From Cystobasidiomycetes sp. EMM_F5 (taxonomy: Eukaryota), in assembly GCA_051047955.1 (NCBI GenBank), contig JBPGPT010000002.1, positions 930,001 through 994,000 of the forward strand: a DNA stretch of 64,000 bases. Direction: 5' to 3'. Position numbers and translations under genes: made by a program. The notes under the pieces are model-generated. The model was not told where the DNA came from. It did no database searches and worked only from the letters and a program-made list of their open reading frames with translations. Of this stretch, positions 53,203 to 64,000 are shown in pieces; positions within the stretch are counted from its first letter, which is position 1; every line of letters starts with the position of its first letter.

Positions 53203-54513
53203 TATCGCAGTCTCACTCTGCGAGCGTAAATTTCAAAGAGATGGCTCGAGCGTTTTTGCCGTGAGCCTTAGTAGTGCCGAAGGGCGGTGGGTGGGCGGAA
53301 TACTGCGTTGCGTTGCGTTTGCTGTTTATTTGAAACGAAGGGATACTGCCAGACCTGCTAGAACATGGGGTTGCAGAAGTCAGAAAGAGCTCGGCGTCGC
53401 TAGGCAGCCAGGCTCAGAGGACCGCAGCGACCCGCCCGCCAGTTGGGAAGGTCTGACCGACAAAGGGGGGGCCGAGGAGTGGGAGCCGCTGCGATGATGA
53501 TGTTGTATTGTATTGCGCTGGAAATGGCTACGCACCTTGCTTTTGTTTGTTGTGTATATAGGTTAATGAGCGTATACGGGTTGGGTCGAAAAGAGTGTCG
53601 GAAAGTTGGGTGTCGGGGTGGAAATGGTGTCGGTGTCGATGTCGGAGGGGTCTTGCTGGATGGGGTGTCGTTGGTGTATGGGGAGTGAGTGAGAGCTTTC
53701 TTTCACTGCACTGACCAGCCCCGCCGGCATCGATTCCCGACTAATTCAAGCTCCTTCTCTAATCCAGCTGGAATGCTCTTTTCTAATCCCAATTTCTAAT
53801 CAGGCTCGTCCAATACTAATCGAGATTAACAGAATTTGAAGACATTCCTAATGATCCGCAACTCGCGATTAATATTCGGTTCTTTAGTCGCGTGCATGCC
53901 CAAATTCTAGTTTCCGCCAAGAAGACGACATTCCTCAGATGACGCGCACCGAATTAAACATCAACAAACAACATCTCTGCATGACAGAGCGGGTGCTTTG
54001 CGTACAGAGGAATGCAGTTTAGCGCGGTGGATCATTTGAGTCGCTCTGGTGTCACCGTCAAGACAACACGACCTTGACCGCTCAAGGGAAGCGCGAATAC
54101 CGTGTCATCAGATTATGTATATCTGTGCACACTAATCTGCAATAGCTACTGTACCCATACATCCTGTTCTCACCTCCTGTTAATGCAGCCAAGTGTGGTG
54201 TGTCTGGCCTCTCAAGGCTCGCTGCCGATGCAGCCTTTGTCGGGCGAGTGGGAGGCGATGTCGACACCCCACGAGACCGTCTCTGTCGCTGACGCTACAT
54301 ACTGAGAGTCTCCACTGTCACTACTGACTCACTGAACCCCGAGCGCGTGCTGAAAGATACATCGCAACAAGCACAAACCACCTCCTCGCTGACCGAATCG
54401 TAATCTCGCCTCATGGAGCTGAAGAGTGCCAGCTCTGCGATTACATAGCCACAGATATCAAAACAAACTCCGCTCGCATGGAAGTCTTCGTCTAGAATCT
54501 GGTGTTTACGCAT

Positions 54514-57500
54514 ATGACGGTACAATCTCGCAGCAGGCCGTACCAGCCCCCTGCTCGACCACTGAGCAGTCGCGAGTCCCCGTTCAAAAGATACCGTCGG
54601 AAAATCATCAGTATCGTCGTACCCGTCGTGCAAGTCGCGCTCGGCGCCATGGTTGCGGCAGTAATGCTTATCGTCTGCACCGACAACAAGATCTACAGAC
54701 CTCAACCTGATACCCTATCGCGATATCGACTGCAGCTGGGACTGCACAATTCCGCGATAGCACAGCCCTTCCGGTCTCATTCCGCTCATCACCACCACGC
54801 AGGATTCCACCATTCCGCAAAGGCCAGAAAATCACGCAAAGCTGGCGGCCAGAATTATGATCATATTTTCTGGATGGCAGAAATCCCCACATCCTCGAAA
54901 CAGTCGCACTACGGTGTCAGCAACGCGACGCACGTTCAAGATAGTACACCTTTGCACCACAATCTGGGCCTGCGGCAAGGTACGTTCATACAGTCTTGAA
55001 CGTTGACATGATGTTAAAAGTCGGACACTCTCCCTCGTCCGTACAGCTGCAGCCAGTGTCACGACCTCCACCACCTCTGTCGCCGGTGCTGGAATCACTA
55101 CTAGCACAACAGCGCTCGGAGCAGTTACAACTAGCACATCTACCGGCACCTCCGTGACTGGTGCTGCCGGTGTCACTACCAGCACTACCGGCACGTCTGT
55201 GACTGGTGCTGCCGGTGTCAGTACTAGCACTAGCTCAACAGGGCTTGGAGCGGTCACCACTAGTACGACTTCCGCAACCTCTGCGCTCGGAGCGGTCACC
55301 ACTAGTACGACTTCCGCGACCTCTGTCGTTGGTGCTGCCGGTATCACTACCAGCACGACTGCGCTCGGAGCGGTTACGACTAGTACGACTTCCGCGACCT
55401 CTGTCGTCGGTGGTGGCAGTCTCACTACTACAACAGCGCTCGGAGCTGGCACATCCAGTACGACTGCCAGCACTTCTATTATTGGTGCCGCCAGTGCTAC
55501 CACCAGTACTACAGCGGTCGTAGCAGGCGCTTCCATCACAACGTCAACAACAGCAGTTGGCGGCGGTATTACTACCTCAACAAATCTTGCAGGTACTTCA
55601 ACATCGTCAACAGGTCTAGCAGGAAGCACTACAGTGGTTGGCAGCTCTACATCCTTCAGCTTCACAGTATCTAGCGGGCCGAGTGGAACCTTTAGTAGTA
55701 GCACGGCAACTGGCGGTGTCAGCACGACTGGTAAATACACTTCTTCATGAGCCGGCATACGTATCAGGCTGACATTAGTCCTTCTTGCCAGTACTTGGCC
55801 AAACCTCAACTAGTAGCACATCTGTAACACAGCCTTCGCTGGTCGCATCACAAGTTGGAACTACAACTACACTCAGCGCCGCGAGTGCGGTAGTCAGCAG
55901 TACCACAGCCTTGAGTCAAGCGACTTCCACTAAATCAACTACAATGGCATCTTCTGTTACGGATGTAGCATCCAGCACAACACAAATATCCTCTCAGACT
56001 ACCGTTGCATCGCTGACGTCGCAATTATCAAGCGCGACTTCGAAATCGTTAGGAAACACGCAGTCAAGTACCACTACTGCAGCGGCTACGACGACACAGC
56101 CAACTTCTACGCTCGTATCTGCGCCGTCAACCACGACTCAGCCATCGACCTCAATCGCGCAAACTACCACGAAAGCGTCTGATACCTCTACAGCCACTCT
56201 CCCGACAACACAGCAAACTACATCAGCTGCTTCAACCGAGCGTGCTTCCACCTCTACCGCTCTGCCTCCATCGAGTACACGACAGACTTCTGCGATCGCT
56301 TCCGTTTCGACTACAGCACCCTCGTCTACCCTTGTCACCTCGAATACACCCGAAACCCTTTCCACGTCCAGGCCTACAAGTAGCGCCGCGACCAGCGTTG
56401 CATCGGCTGTTTCACAATCCCTTACTTCTGCTGCGAGCAGCGCGGTATCATCGAGCTTGCGGACGACCAGTGCGTCGCTGACGTCCGTGGCAGCATCATC
56501 GAGTAGTGCCTACTCTGCTTCCGCACCAACTTCGTCGATGCCGCCGACCACAGGTCTTATCACCCAAACTCAGCCGACGACAACGTCATCAAGCGACACT
56601 CTGTTCACTTCATCATCACAGTCTAAGCAAAGCAGCACAACAAAGTACGTCATTTAGGTGAATGTATTTTGAAGAAATAGCTAATGCTGCTTTACAGTCC
56701 CTACGCCTGGGTCCCATCCTCCAGCCTATTAGCCAATCCGTCCATGTCGACAAGCACCAATACAGATGGTACAGATACGGCTACCTCCTCTGCAAGCAAG
56801 AGCTCATCTGGGCTGGCCTCAAGCACGTCCGTCGCAGCTCTGCCCTCGCAATGGCCAAGCAAAATTGTACCTCAAACTGACAACAATACCGACACTACTA
56901 CCACAACATCAGGCGGTCAGAGTTCTGCAATGCAGACTGGTCAACGCGAATCGCCGCCAGACTCCACCTTGATCTCTATCCTCCTCACAACAGCATTGTC
57001 TTGGTCGTGGCTCTTGTCGAACGCTGACGCATCTGCTCAGGTATTCGCATACATGCCTGTTCTTCTCGCCGACGTCCTTCATATCAATCAATCCGCTGTC
57101 ACAACGGATTCGTTGGAAGCGATGCAGCCACCGGCATGGAACGGCGATGGCAAAGAAATGTACGTACGATGGGACTCTTGACCATGGACTCTGTGTTCTG
57201 ATCTTTCACCAAAGCCGATCGGTATGGCTGGGATATATTCCGACAAACCAGGTTGACCCCTTGGCGTCCCTGATTATCAACAAGCAAAGTGCTTTCTACA
57301 AATCGAGCAAGAATATAACGGCAGAATTGGTGAGTAGCCGGCGTGTATTAAATCGACCTCATGTGCTAGCTTACACATCATATGACAATTCAGGCAGGGG
57401 CTGTCGACCCTTCGCTCGCTATTCTATCATTCTGGTCTGGAAAGAGCGAAGCGCAGAATGGGGATTCTGGTGTAGCTACCCCAACAACAGATACGAAGCC

Positions 57501-58338
57501 AGGCCAACTTACACAGAAGAAAACGGCCATGATTGCCTCCGCGGCAGCTCTAGGTGCTATAGTCCTCGGAGTTGCCGGGTTCTTTGGATCTCGCTGGTAT
57601 TTGCAGAAGAAGGCTCGTGAAAGCCGCATGGCCCAAAATCACCTGCGTAAGGGTTCTGGCAACGAAGAATTCTCGAGCTTCGATGCTGCCAGGAACAGAG
57701 GTATTAACGATGAAGAGCAAGAGTATATAGCAGACGGCCAGCCCTTTATGCAGGGATTGCCCACGCCTGTCCGTCCGCCGATGCCCTTCACACCTGCCAG
57801 AAGTATGGCCGAGACGATTGGATCGAGATATACACAAGGTGACCAGAATGGTCGCATGTATGGATACTCCCCACCAAGCGGCGGCACTGCACTGCAAAAT
57901 CCATATGGCCGATCCAATCTGGGGCAGGCGACACCTCCGCCTGTTACTGGAAGGTCAGCTCCGACAGGAGCCTTTCCCTTGCCGCGTGACTCGAGCTATG
58001 TGAACACCATGCGCTCGGGATCGGGTAGCAGTGTTCAGTCTGACGTCCTCCAGACTAGGAGAAGGGCTTCATCGCTTGATCTTGCAGATCCTGGGCGGAA
58101 CACATGGTGGCGGCACGAGAGCCAATGGGGACCACCCGAGACTGCACAGCCTGCTGTGCCAGCCGCTTCGAGTCTACCTGAACCTCGATATTCGGGGCGT
58201 CCTCCAGAGTATCGCCCGTATTCGACATCTTCTAGCCGATACTCGACAATGCGGAGACCGACTTTACAGCGCGGTCGCGATGTTCGTAGTGACAGCATCT
58301 CGGCACCATACCTCCAAGATAATAGTCTGATGTTGTGA
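54514..58338 (+). CDS. Msb2/Hkr1-like signalling mucin
   Basis: N-terminal hydrophobic segment, long Ser/Thr region, HMH-like domain (PPDSTLISILL...SAQVFAYMP...LGYIPT...SAFY), TM segment and a tail ending ISAPYLQDNSLML. Confidence 0.8.
55050..55510 (+). repeat. Imperfect coding tandem repeats in the mucin domain
   Basis: Recurrent units GCGCTCGGAGCGGTCACCACTAGTACGACTTCCGCGACCTCTG and GTGACTGGTGCTGCCGGTGTCA, encoding ALGAVTTSTTSATS and VTGAAGVTTST. Confidence 0.85.
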
Positions 58339-58589
58339 GGGATTTTCTTTTCATTATGTAATCATTAGAGCACGTCTTTCCTTTCGTGCCATCTTTCTTT
58401 CGCCAGGAGGACTAAGCTTTTGAATGCGGCTTTTGCTAGTGCCGTTAGAGCAATAGTATACACAGTATTACTGGTAGAATTGAGAACATACAACGTGCAT
58501 CCGATATGCTTTGTTCGCAACATCATCACTTTCGCAGACCCGCCGCCCCTTTGCCGCTGCGCGACTTGAGACATAGCCGTCGACCCAGC

Positions 58590-59637
58590 ATGCGTCCGCA
58601 AACGGTGACGAGCTTGCTTAGTGCGAGCGCACTTTTCGCAACCAGCAACGGTGAGTTGCGTACATTGCTCGCTCACCTGTCAGTACTCTGACGCTAGTCC
58701 GTCCAGTGCTCGCTAGCATCTTTGGCTCGAGTCCAGATATCGAAGTCATTGGGTACTTTCCAGACGATAACCCGCTATCCATCGTCTATAATGGCCCGCG
58801 AGGGAATGCCATCAACTTGAAAATCACAAACCACGCCAAAAACGACATTTCTATCGATGCCATTAGCGGCGCATTCCGTGAAGTCGGAGGCAAAGAGCGC
58901 CATCTAGCCAACGTGAGCCTCCATGGTGTCGGCGCTGAAGCGAGACTGCTGGCTGAGAGATTCCTGCTGCTTTTCATGTAGACTACGACCGCTAAGTACT
59001 CGCTCGTCCTGCCTGGCGGAAAGGTCGCACCAGTCGACGTGTCATACAAGTTCTGGTCAGAACTGAAGCCACAAGACCTGGGATTTGTGGTGTACGTCGA
59101 CTATAGCGACGCTTCCGACCTGAAGAAGGTTGTTCACCGTGCTGTCGGATACGATGGCACGGTTACCGTCAAGGAGCCAGTAGGCAGCTGGTTCGACCTA
59201 CAGCTGTAAGCCAAGCTTCTCATCCACGTATAGACCTCTGCCGATCACGCTGTCTCCGCAGACTGCTATTGTATCCTCTGGTACTCGCCCTCGTTGGCCT
59301 CCCTCTATACTGGGTCTACACAGCATTCATCGCACCACGCATCTTCGGCAAGCCCAAAGGCAAAGGCAAACGAGGCACTACCTCAAGTGGATCTACTGCC
59401 GTTGTTGCAAAATCGCCAACGCCGAGACCTAGCACGCCATCAGATCCGAATGAATGGATTCCCCAACACCATCTCCTCACGCGACGATCCGTTTCGGGCA
59501 GAAATCTCGTCAGCCGAGGCACTGGAGGTGTCACGCCTAATCTGACCAGTGACGGCGAGACTAGCGGCAACGAATCTGCCACTGGCCCAAAAAGTCCACG
59601 AAGAAGCGCCAGAGCAGCCAAGGGCAAAAAAGCGTAA
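58590..59637 (+). CDS. TRAP-alpha / Irc22-like ER membrane protein
   Basis: Signal peptide, FPDDNPLSIVYNG, YKFWSELKPQDLG, YDGTVTVKEP..SWFDLQLLLLY + TM, tail with EWIPQHH. Confidence 0.82.
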
Positions 59638-59868
59638 ATATCAAGACGCAGCGTGCCATGCGTTGAGAAAAGAGCAGGGCGACTGCGACGTCAGCGCTTA
59701 AGATCGGCAAAACAACAGGTCCCAGTTTGCTGAAGAAGGTCGTACTGTGTCTAGCAAAAGCTTGGGCAGCAACGCTGATAGCGTGATTGGAAGCTGCTTG
59801 GTATCTGTATCTAGTCACTACAGTACCATGTTAAACGTCCCATGGTTCGTGCCAAATCTCTTGCCCAA

Positions 59869-61754
59869 CTAATCGTCCATGATGAGCGTCTTGTCAACTT
59901 TTGCAAATTCTTGGAAGAAGACTCTGAAGAGATCTAGAAGGTAACCAACATCGCGTGATCCTGCAGTCTCGCGGATACTGTGCATCGACAGCTGTACGCA
60001 GCCGATATCGACTGCACGCAAACCCTTTTTGGCTGTAGAATCAAAACAACTGCGTCAACTTTGTATATACGCCATTTACAGAAATGACGTACCTGTCAGT
60101 GGTCCGATGGTAGAGCCGCCTGCGAAGACTAACGTATGAGCTGGGTGTCTGTGGAAGACATGAATTAGACTTACAAGCTGAATCGTTTCGGACCTCATAC
60201 TCTTGCAAAGGCACATTGGCCTTTTCTGCAATTTTGCGGAGCAGGAAAGTGGTAGGAGCCGTACTGGTGTACCTGATCTTTGCATTCGTCTTGATGGCGG
60301 GACCGCCTCCCATGACTGGCTTGTGTTCTGCTTGGTGCTTGTTGGCATGATCTGGTGCGGGGTGGATAGCGTGACCCATATCGCAAGATAGTAGATACGA
60401 GTTGGCCAGTGCTTGATCGTATGCTGATGCGTCGCCGGTGACGCGTTGAATGACGGCGTCCAGGAAGTTTGACTCTGCGCCATTGGCGGACACCGAGCCG
60501 ATCTCTTCGTGGTCGTACAATGCCTGGTATGGAAGTCAATGTGTTTACTTAAACGCATGGTCTAGGGATGTAAGAGCCGCACAATTAATGGAATGGCACC
60601 CTCTGCCACATCACCGTCCTTGAAAGCATCGGCCAGGCCTTCGATGGCACAAAAGGAAGAGAAGAGGTTGTCTAGACGAGCTGAAAAGACAAATTCGTCA
60701 TTTGCACCTCCGAGTGTCGGAGGCTGATTATCCACAAGAGACAGCTCGAAATCGTGGATATCCTCTGCAAACAGCTTGCCGCCTTTACCTTTAGGTCCAA
60801 CACCGTCCGCTGTCAAGTGGTCGGCGATAAGTTCGAGTAGGCGGAAGTGGTGATTTGAGGTAATGTCGATTGCAGACTTGTTTACTGGTTCGCTGACGGC
60901 ATTGACTTGTTCGCTGATGAGACCTAGAATGGCCTGCATGCCGGTTTCCTGGTTGTACTTGAATGCATCATTCTGCGTCCGGTCGAGATGAATGGCGACA
61001 GTTGGGATACGAACGAGAGGCTTCTTGATGTGTATCAGGTGCGGCGTGTACGTTGCCTCTGAAGAAGCATTCTTGGCATCGCTGTTTGTCTTTGTGATTA
61101 CGCGCCCGGCAACGGCGAGATCTCTGTCGAGCCATGAGTGCCAATTACCTCCTCCGCTGTTTCATCGGTATTCGTAAGACAATCATGCGCAATTGCGAAT
61201 CGTGCAGTCCATCCACTTACTAGGTCTCCACGCCTAAAATAGCCTCGCGCGTCAATCATAAGTGGAGGCTACGAGATAAGACAGGCTCACCGATGGCCAT
61301 GTAGTTTGTATCAGCAGGCTTCTTGCGCTTGCTTATCGGCCTCAGCTTGAAGTTGCAAGAGTCGGTATGGCACCCGACAATGGCAAAGCCATTTGCGCTT
61401 CCGGGCTGGAACGTCTTGGGCAGAGCAAACGCGATGATGGAGGACTGGTTGCTGGGAGACGGAACCGTTCAAGCACTCAGATGGGAGTGAATAGCGTCTT
61501 GAACCCCACCTACCGCGTGGCAAAGTACCGACCATTCGGCTTGAGGTTCCATCGTTCGCGTTCCGACAAGCGTACGAACCCAGCTGCTTCGAGACGGAGT
61601 ACGGCGTTGTGTACGGCGTGGACTGCGGGAGGATAAGGAATAATGTCAGAACTATCGTGTCTAATATTCTTGCGCCGTACGAGATGCAATTCGGCATACA
61701 GGGTGTCGGCGAGGCTTCCAAATACTTTACGAGTTTGGCTGCTGGACTGGCCAT
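59869..61754 (-). CDS. M18 aspartyl aminopeptidase (Ape4/DNPEP-like)
   Basis: ASPTPFHAV, GCHTDSC, VETYGGG.WHSWLDRDL, RLDNL, DHEEIGS, DMGHAIHP, GGSTIGP, LSMHSIRET. Confidence 0.94.
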
Positions 61755-62398
61755 GGCTTCAGAGTCGATACTGCTCTTCGTGGTGCAAGTGCTTGCTGGG
61801 GATGCTGGCGGTGAATGAGCCTGAGCGGTCTGCAGCGATTCATCAGACACCGTCACGTACAGCGTCAGAGGGCTCAAATATCCAAGAACCGCAGCATGAC
61901 CTACCATTCAGCAGGATTCCGCGTCAACACAACTCTGGCAAGCGTATATGCTGTCGAATGTACAAGGACGGTCAGAGGGAACAGCAAGAGCTACCATTGC
62001 CAATTTACACGGAATGGGAATGCTTTTATGACGCGGTATAGCCTACAAATGGAGACATTCAACAACACAAACCTCATTTCACAGTCCGTATCGTACTTAC
62101 GAAGAGCTTGCAGCCCTCCGCGTCGGAACTTTGCATGCATCTTCTGACTCTGCCTGCAGAATCCTGATCTCGTTTGACGCCTCAAGTCGCAGGGATGGGC
62201 GAGGAGTTTGCGCTGCCAATTCCCTCGGCACTCTTGTTGGTGGTTGCATTCGCAGTCACAGCTCGAGAGTCTACGTTGCTGTTCGCTCGTGCTGAGATTG
62301 TACTCCCACGCTCTCTGATCCCCACACTCTTTACCCAGTCTCAGCTCACACTCGTTTGATCTCGTCCCTCGTTCCATACGCTCATTTTCCATCTCGGC

Positions 62399-63398
62399 AT
62401 GACGTCCCTCAAGATTGGCATTGTTGCTCTCTTCGTGGCTACCCTGACCCGCGCCGAGACGCTCTACCCAGGCTGGGAACAGTACACATCGCCCTCCAAC
62501 CCTCTCCTCGGCAGCGCGTCCTACTACGGCCTCGACCAGTTCCAGCAGTGCAAGAATTATTGCATGAGGACGTCGGGATGTCAGGTTTACAGTACCATAC
62601 TCGAGTACGGAAGGGTGAGTCTTGTGCACAATCAAACAGCTTTGATATACCTTGACGCTTATGTTTCGCATGTCTGTTTGCCAGGCCGACTGCTTCCTGC
62701 ACGGTCACGTAGACAACAACCTCCGTCCGCACATGTGTGACACACTCTATAAAGGGACCTGTGCAAAGTAAGCATGACACGGAAAGCCATTCACGCCGAT
62801 ACTAGCACTAGCTCACATCAAATGACTGCCGTTCACAGCTTCATTGCAGCACATCCAGACCTCTCCATTTCGCAAAAGGAAGCCTGCAAAGATTTTACCG
62901 ACAATGCAGACAGAAAGTGGGCTCGCTGGTACAGCTTTGATCAACCCGGAGACGACTACCAGTACCAAAACTTTGACACTGAAGAACAGTGCTACACCTT
63001 CCTCGCCGGACGGGATGCTACCGTCGTCGTGACGTACTGGGACTCAGGTCTCAGCAAGATTCGTTACACATGCTTCCGCAAGTATGGCATCGTCGTTTCC
63101 AACCTACGCCCGTGGGCATCTACGTCTGGAACTATACTCGGAAACACTTGCGGCCAGAATCTTGCTGCTGGAACATCCCTCTACGCATCCGCTTCCTGCA
63201 TCGATTCGCCGTCTACCAACTTGTCCCCTCTCAAGAGCGGTTGCGTTCCCAGTCTGTACAATTGTGCGCGCTCACTCCTGGAGGAGGCAGTCAGTTCTGT
63301 GACGTCCTGTAGGCTCGCATATGTCTTGTGTCATGCTCAATGCTGACCCAAGTGGATCGAAATAGGACTCCCGACTATTCTGGCAACGTCCATGGTAA
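62399..63398 (+). CDS. Secreted cysteine-rich protein of unknown function
   Basis: Signal peptide MTSLKIGIVALFVATLTRA, CKNYCMRTSGC (PAN/apple-like spacing) and three predicted introns. The last exon is uncertain. Confidence 0.65.
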
Positions 63399-64000
63399 AA
63401 ATTTCGCAGGAACATGTACGAGCTGTTGCATTCATTCCAATACGCGAGTATTGACACTCTTCACTCTACACAGGCAAAGTCGTAGCGGGAGGCAAATGCA
63501 TTTGTGATGGGGATTGTGGTGCATCTACGCCCGTATGCAGTAACGGACACTGCTGCGCCGAGGGAAAGTCGTGGTGCCCGTACACTTTGCAATGCTCGAC
63601 GTCGTGCAGCTCCTCGGCTGCGACGTTGCCAGGCCGAAGAAGGCAGTTGCGCAATGCCATTCCTGCAATCACTTCTCACAACCATAGTCAAGTCTGCAAC
63701 GCGGGTCACATCTTGTGCGAGATCGATGGTAGTGCTAAGGTACTGTATTATCAGGATGAAATATTGTTGCAATACGCTGATATTCATCGAATTATGGTCA
63801 GTGCGTCGATCCTTCATCCGACAAAAAATCTTGCGGCGGCTGTCCGGGATCTGGCGCAGGTAGAGACTGCACTGCTATTCACGGAGCAGCCGACACGACG
63901 TGCCGTCAAGGTCTGTGCGAGATCTCCTCCTGCAAGGGCGGATACAAGCTGTTCCATAACAAGAACGGACACCAAACATGCACGTCGGTACAGGCGCGTC

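Noticed and set aside
54832..55809. 325-aa antisense ORF, and similar ones opposite PCNA, GH128 and the fasciclin
   Set aside because: Shadow frames of Ser/Thr- or Glu-rich sense coding sequence.
63461..64000. Possible gene end at the right edge (minus strand)
   Set aside because: No consistent frame or recognisable motif could be built.

Overview
Compact, intron-rich fungal genomic DNA (about 52% GC by eye; short GT-AG introns of about 50-65 nt with CTRAY branch points). The gene content suggests a basidiomycete, but the organism cannot be named from this window. About 30 protein-coding genes were reconstructed by manual splicing, several of them missed or fragmented by the ORF track. Housekeeping genes: CFD1, RPL37, RPS31/UBI3, ROT1, PRE7, PCNA, ENP1/bystin, TAF8, MES1, RPS14, a PRPP synthetase, UBA4, STE14, an aspartyl aminopeptidase and an IRC22/TRAP-alpha-like gene. 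Cell-surface genes: a GH5, two GH128s, a His-rich fasciclin and an Msb2-like mucin. Also two transporters and several small orphan genes. No tRNA, rRNA, transposon or CRISPR array was recognised. The most unusual signals concern splicing. (1) The PRPP synthetase reading frame requires a single-nucleotide exon. (2) Several introns have a distant branch point and a 130-270 nt AG-free zone, most of them bridged by a hairpin. (3) One such intron, in the amino acid permease, also has a competing 5' splice site or poison exon and five GGCAU motifs, and looks like a splicing switch. Also notable are a tandem array of four related single-pass membrane microproteins, a variant ubiquitin, a PCNA with a large charged insertion and a dense TAATC cluster in a cell-wall gene promoter.
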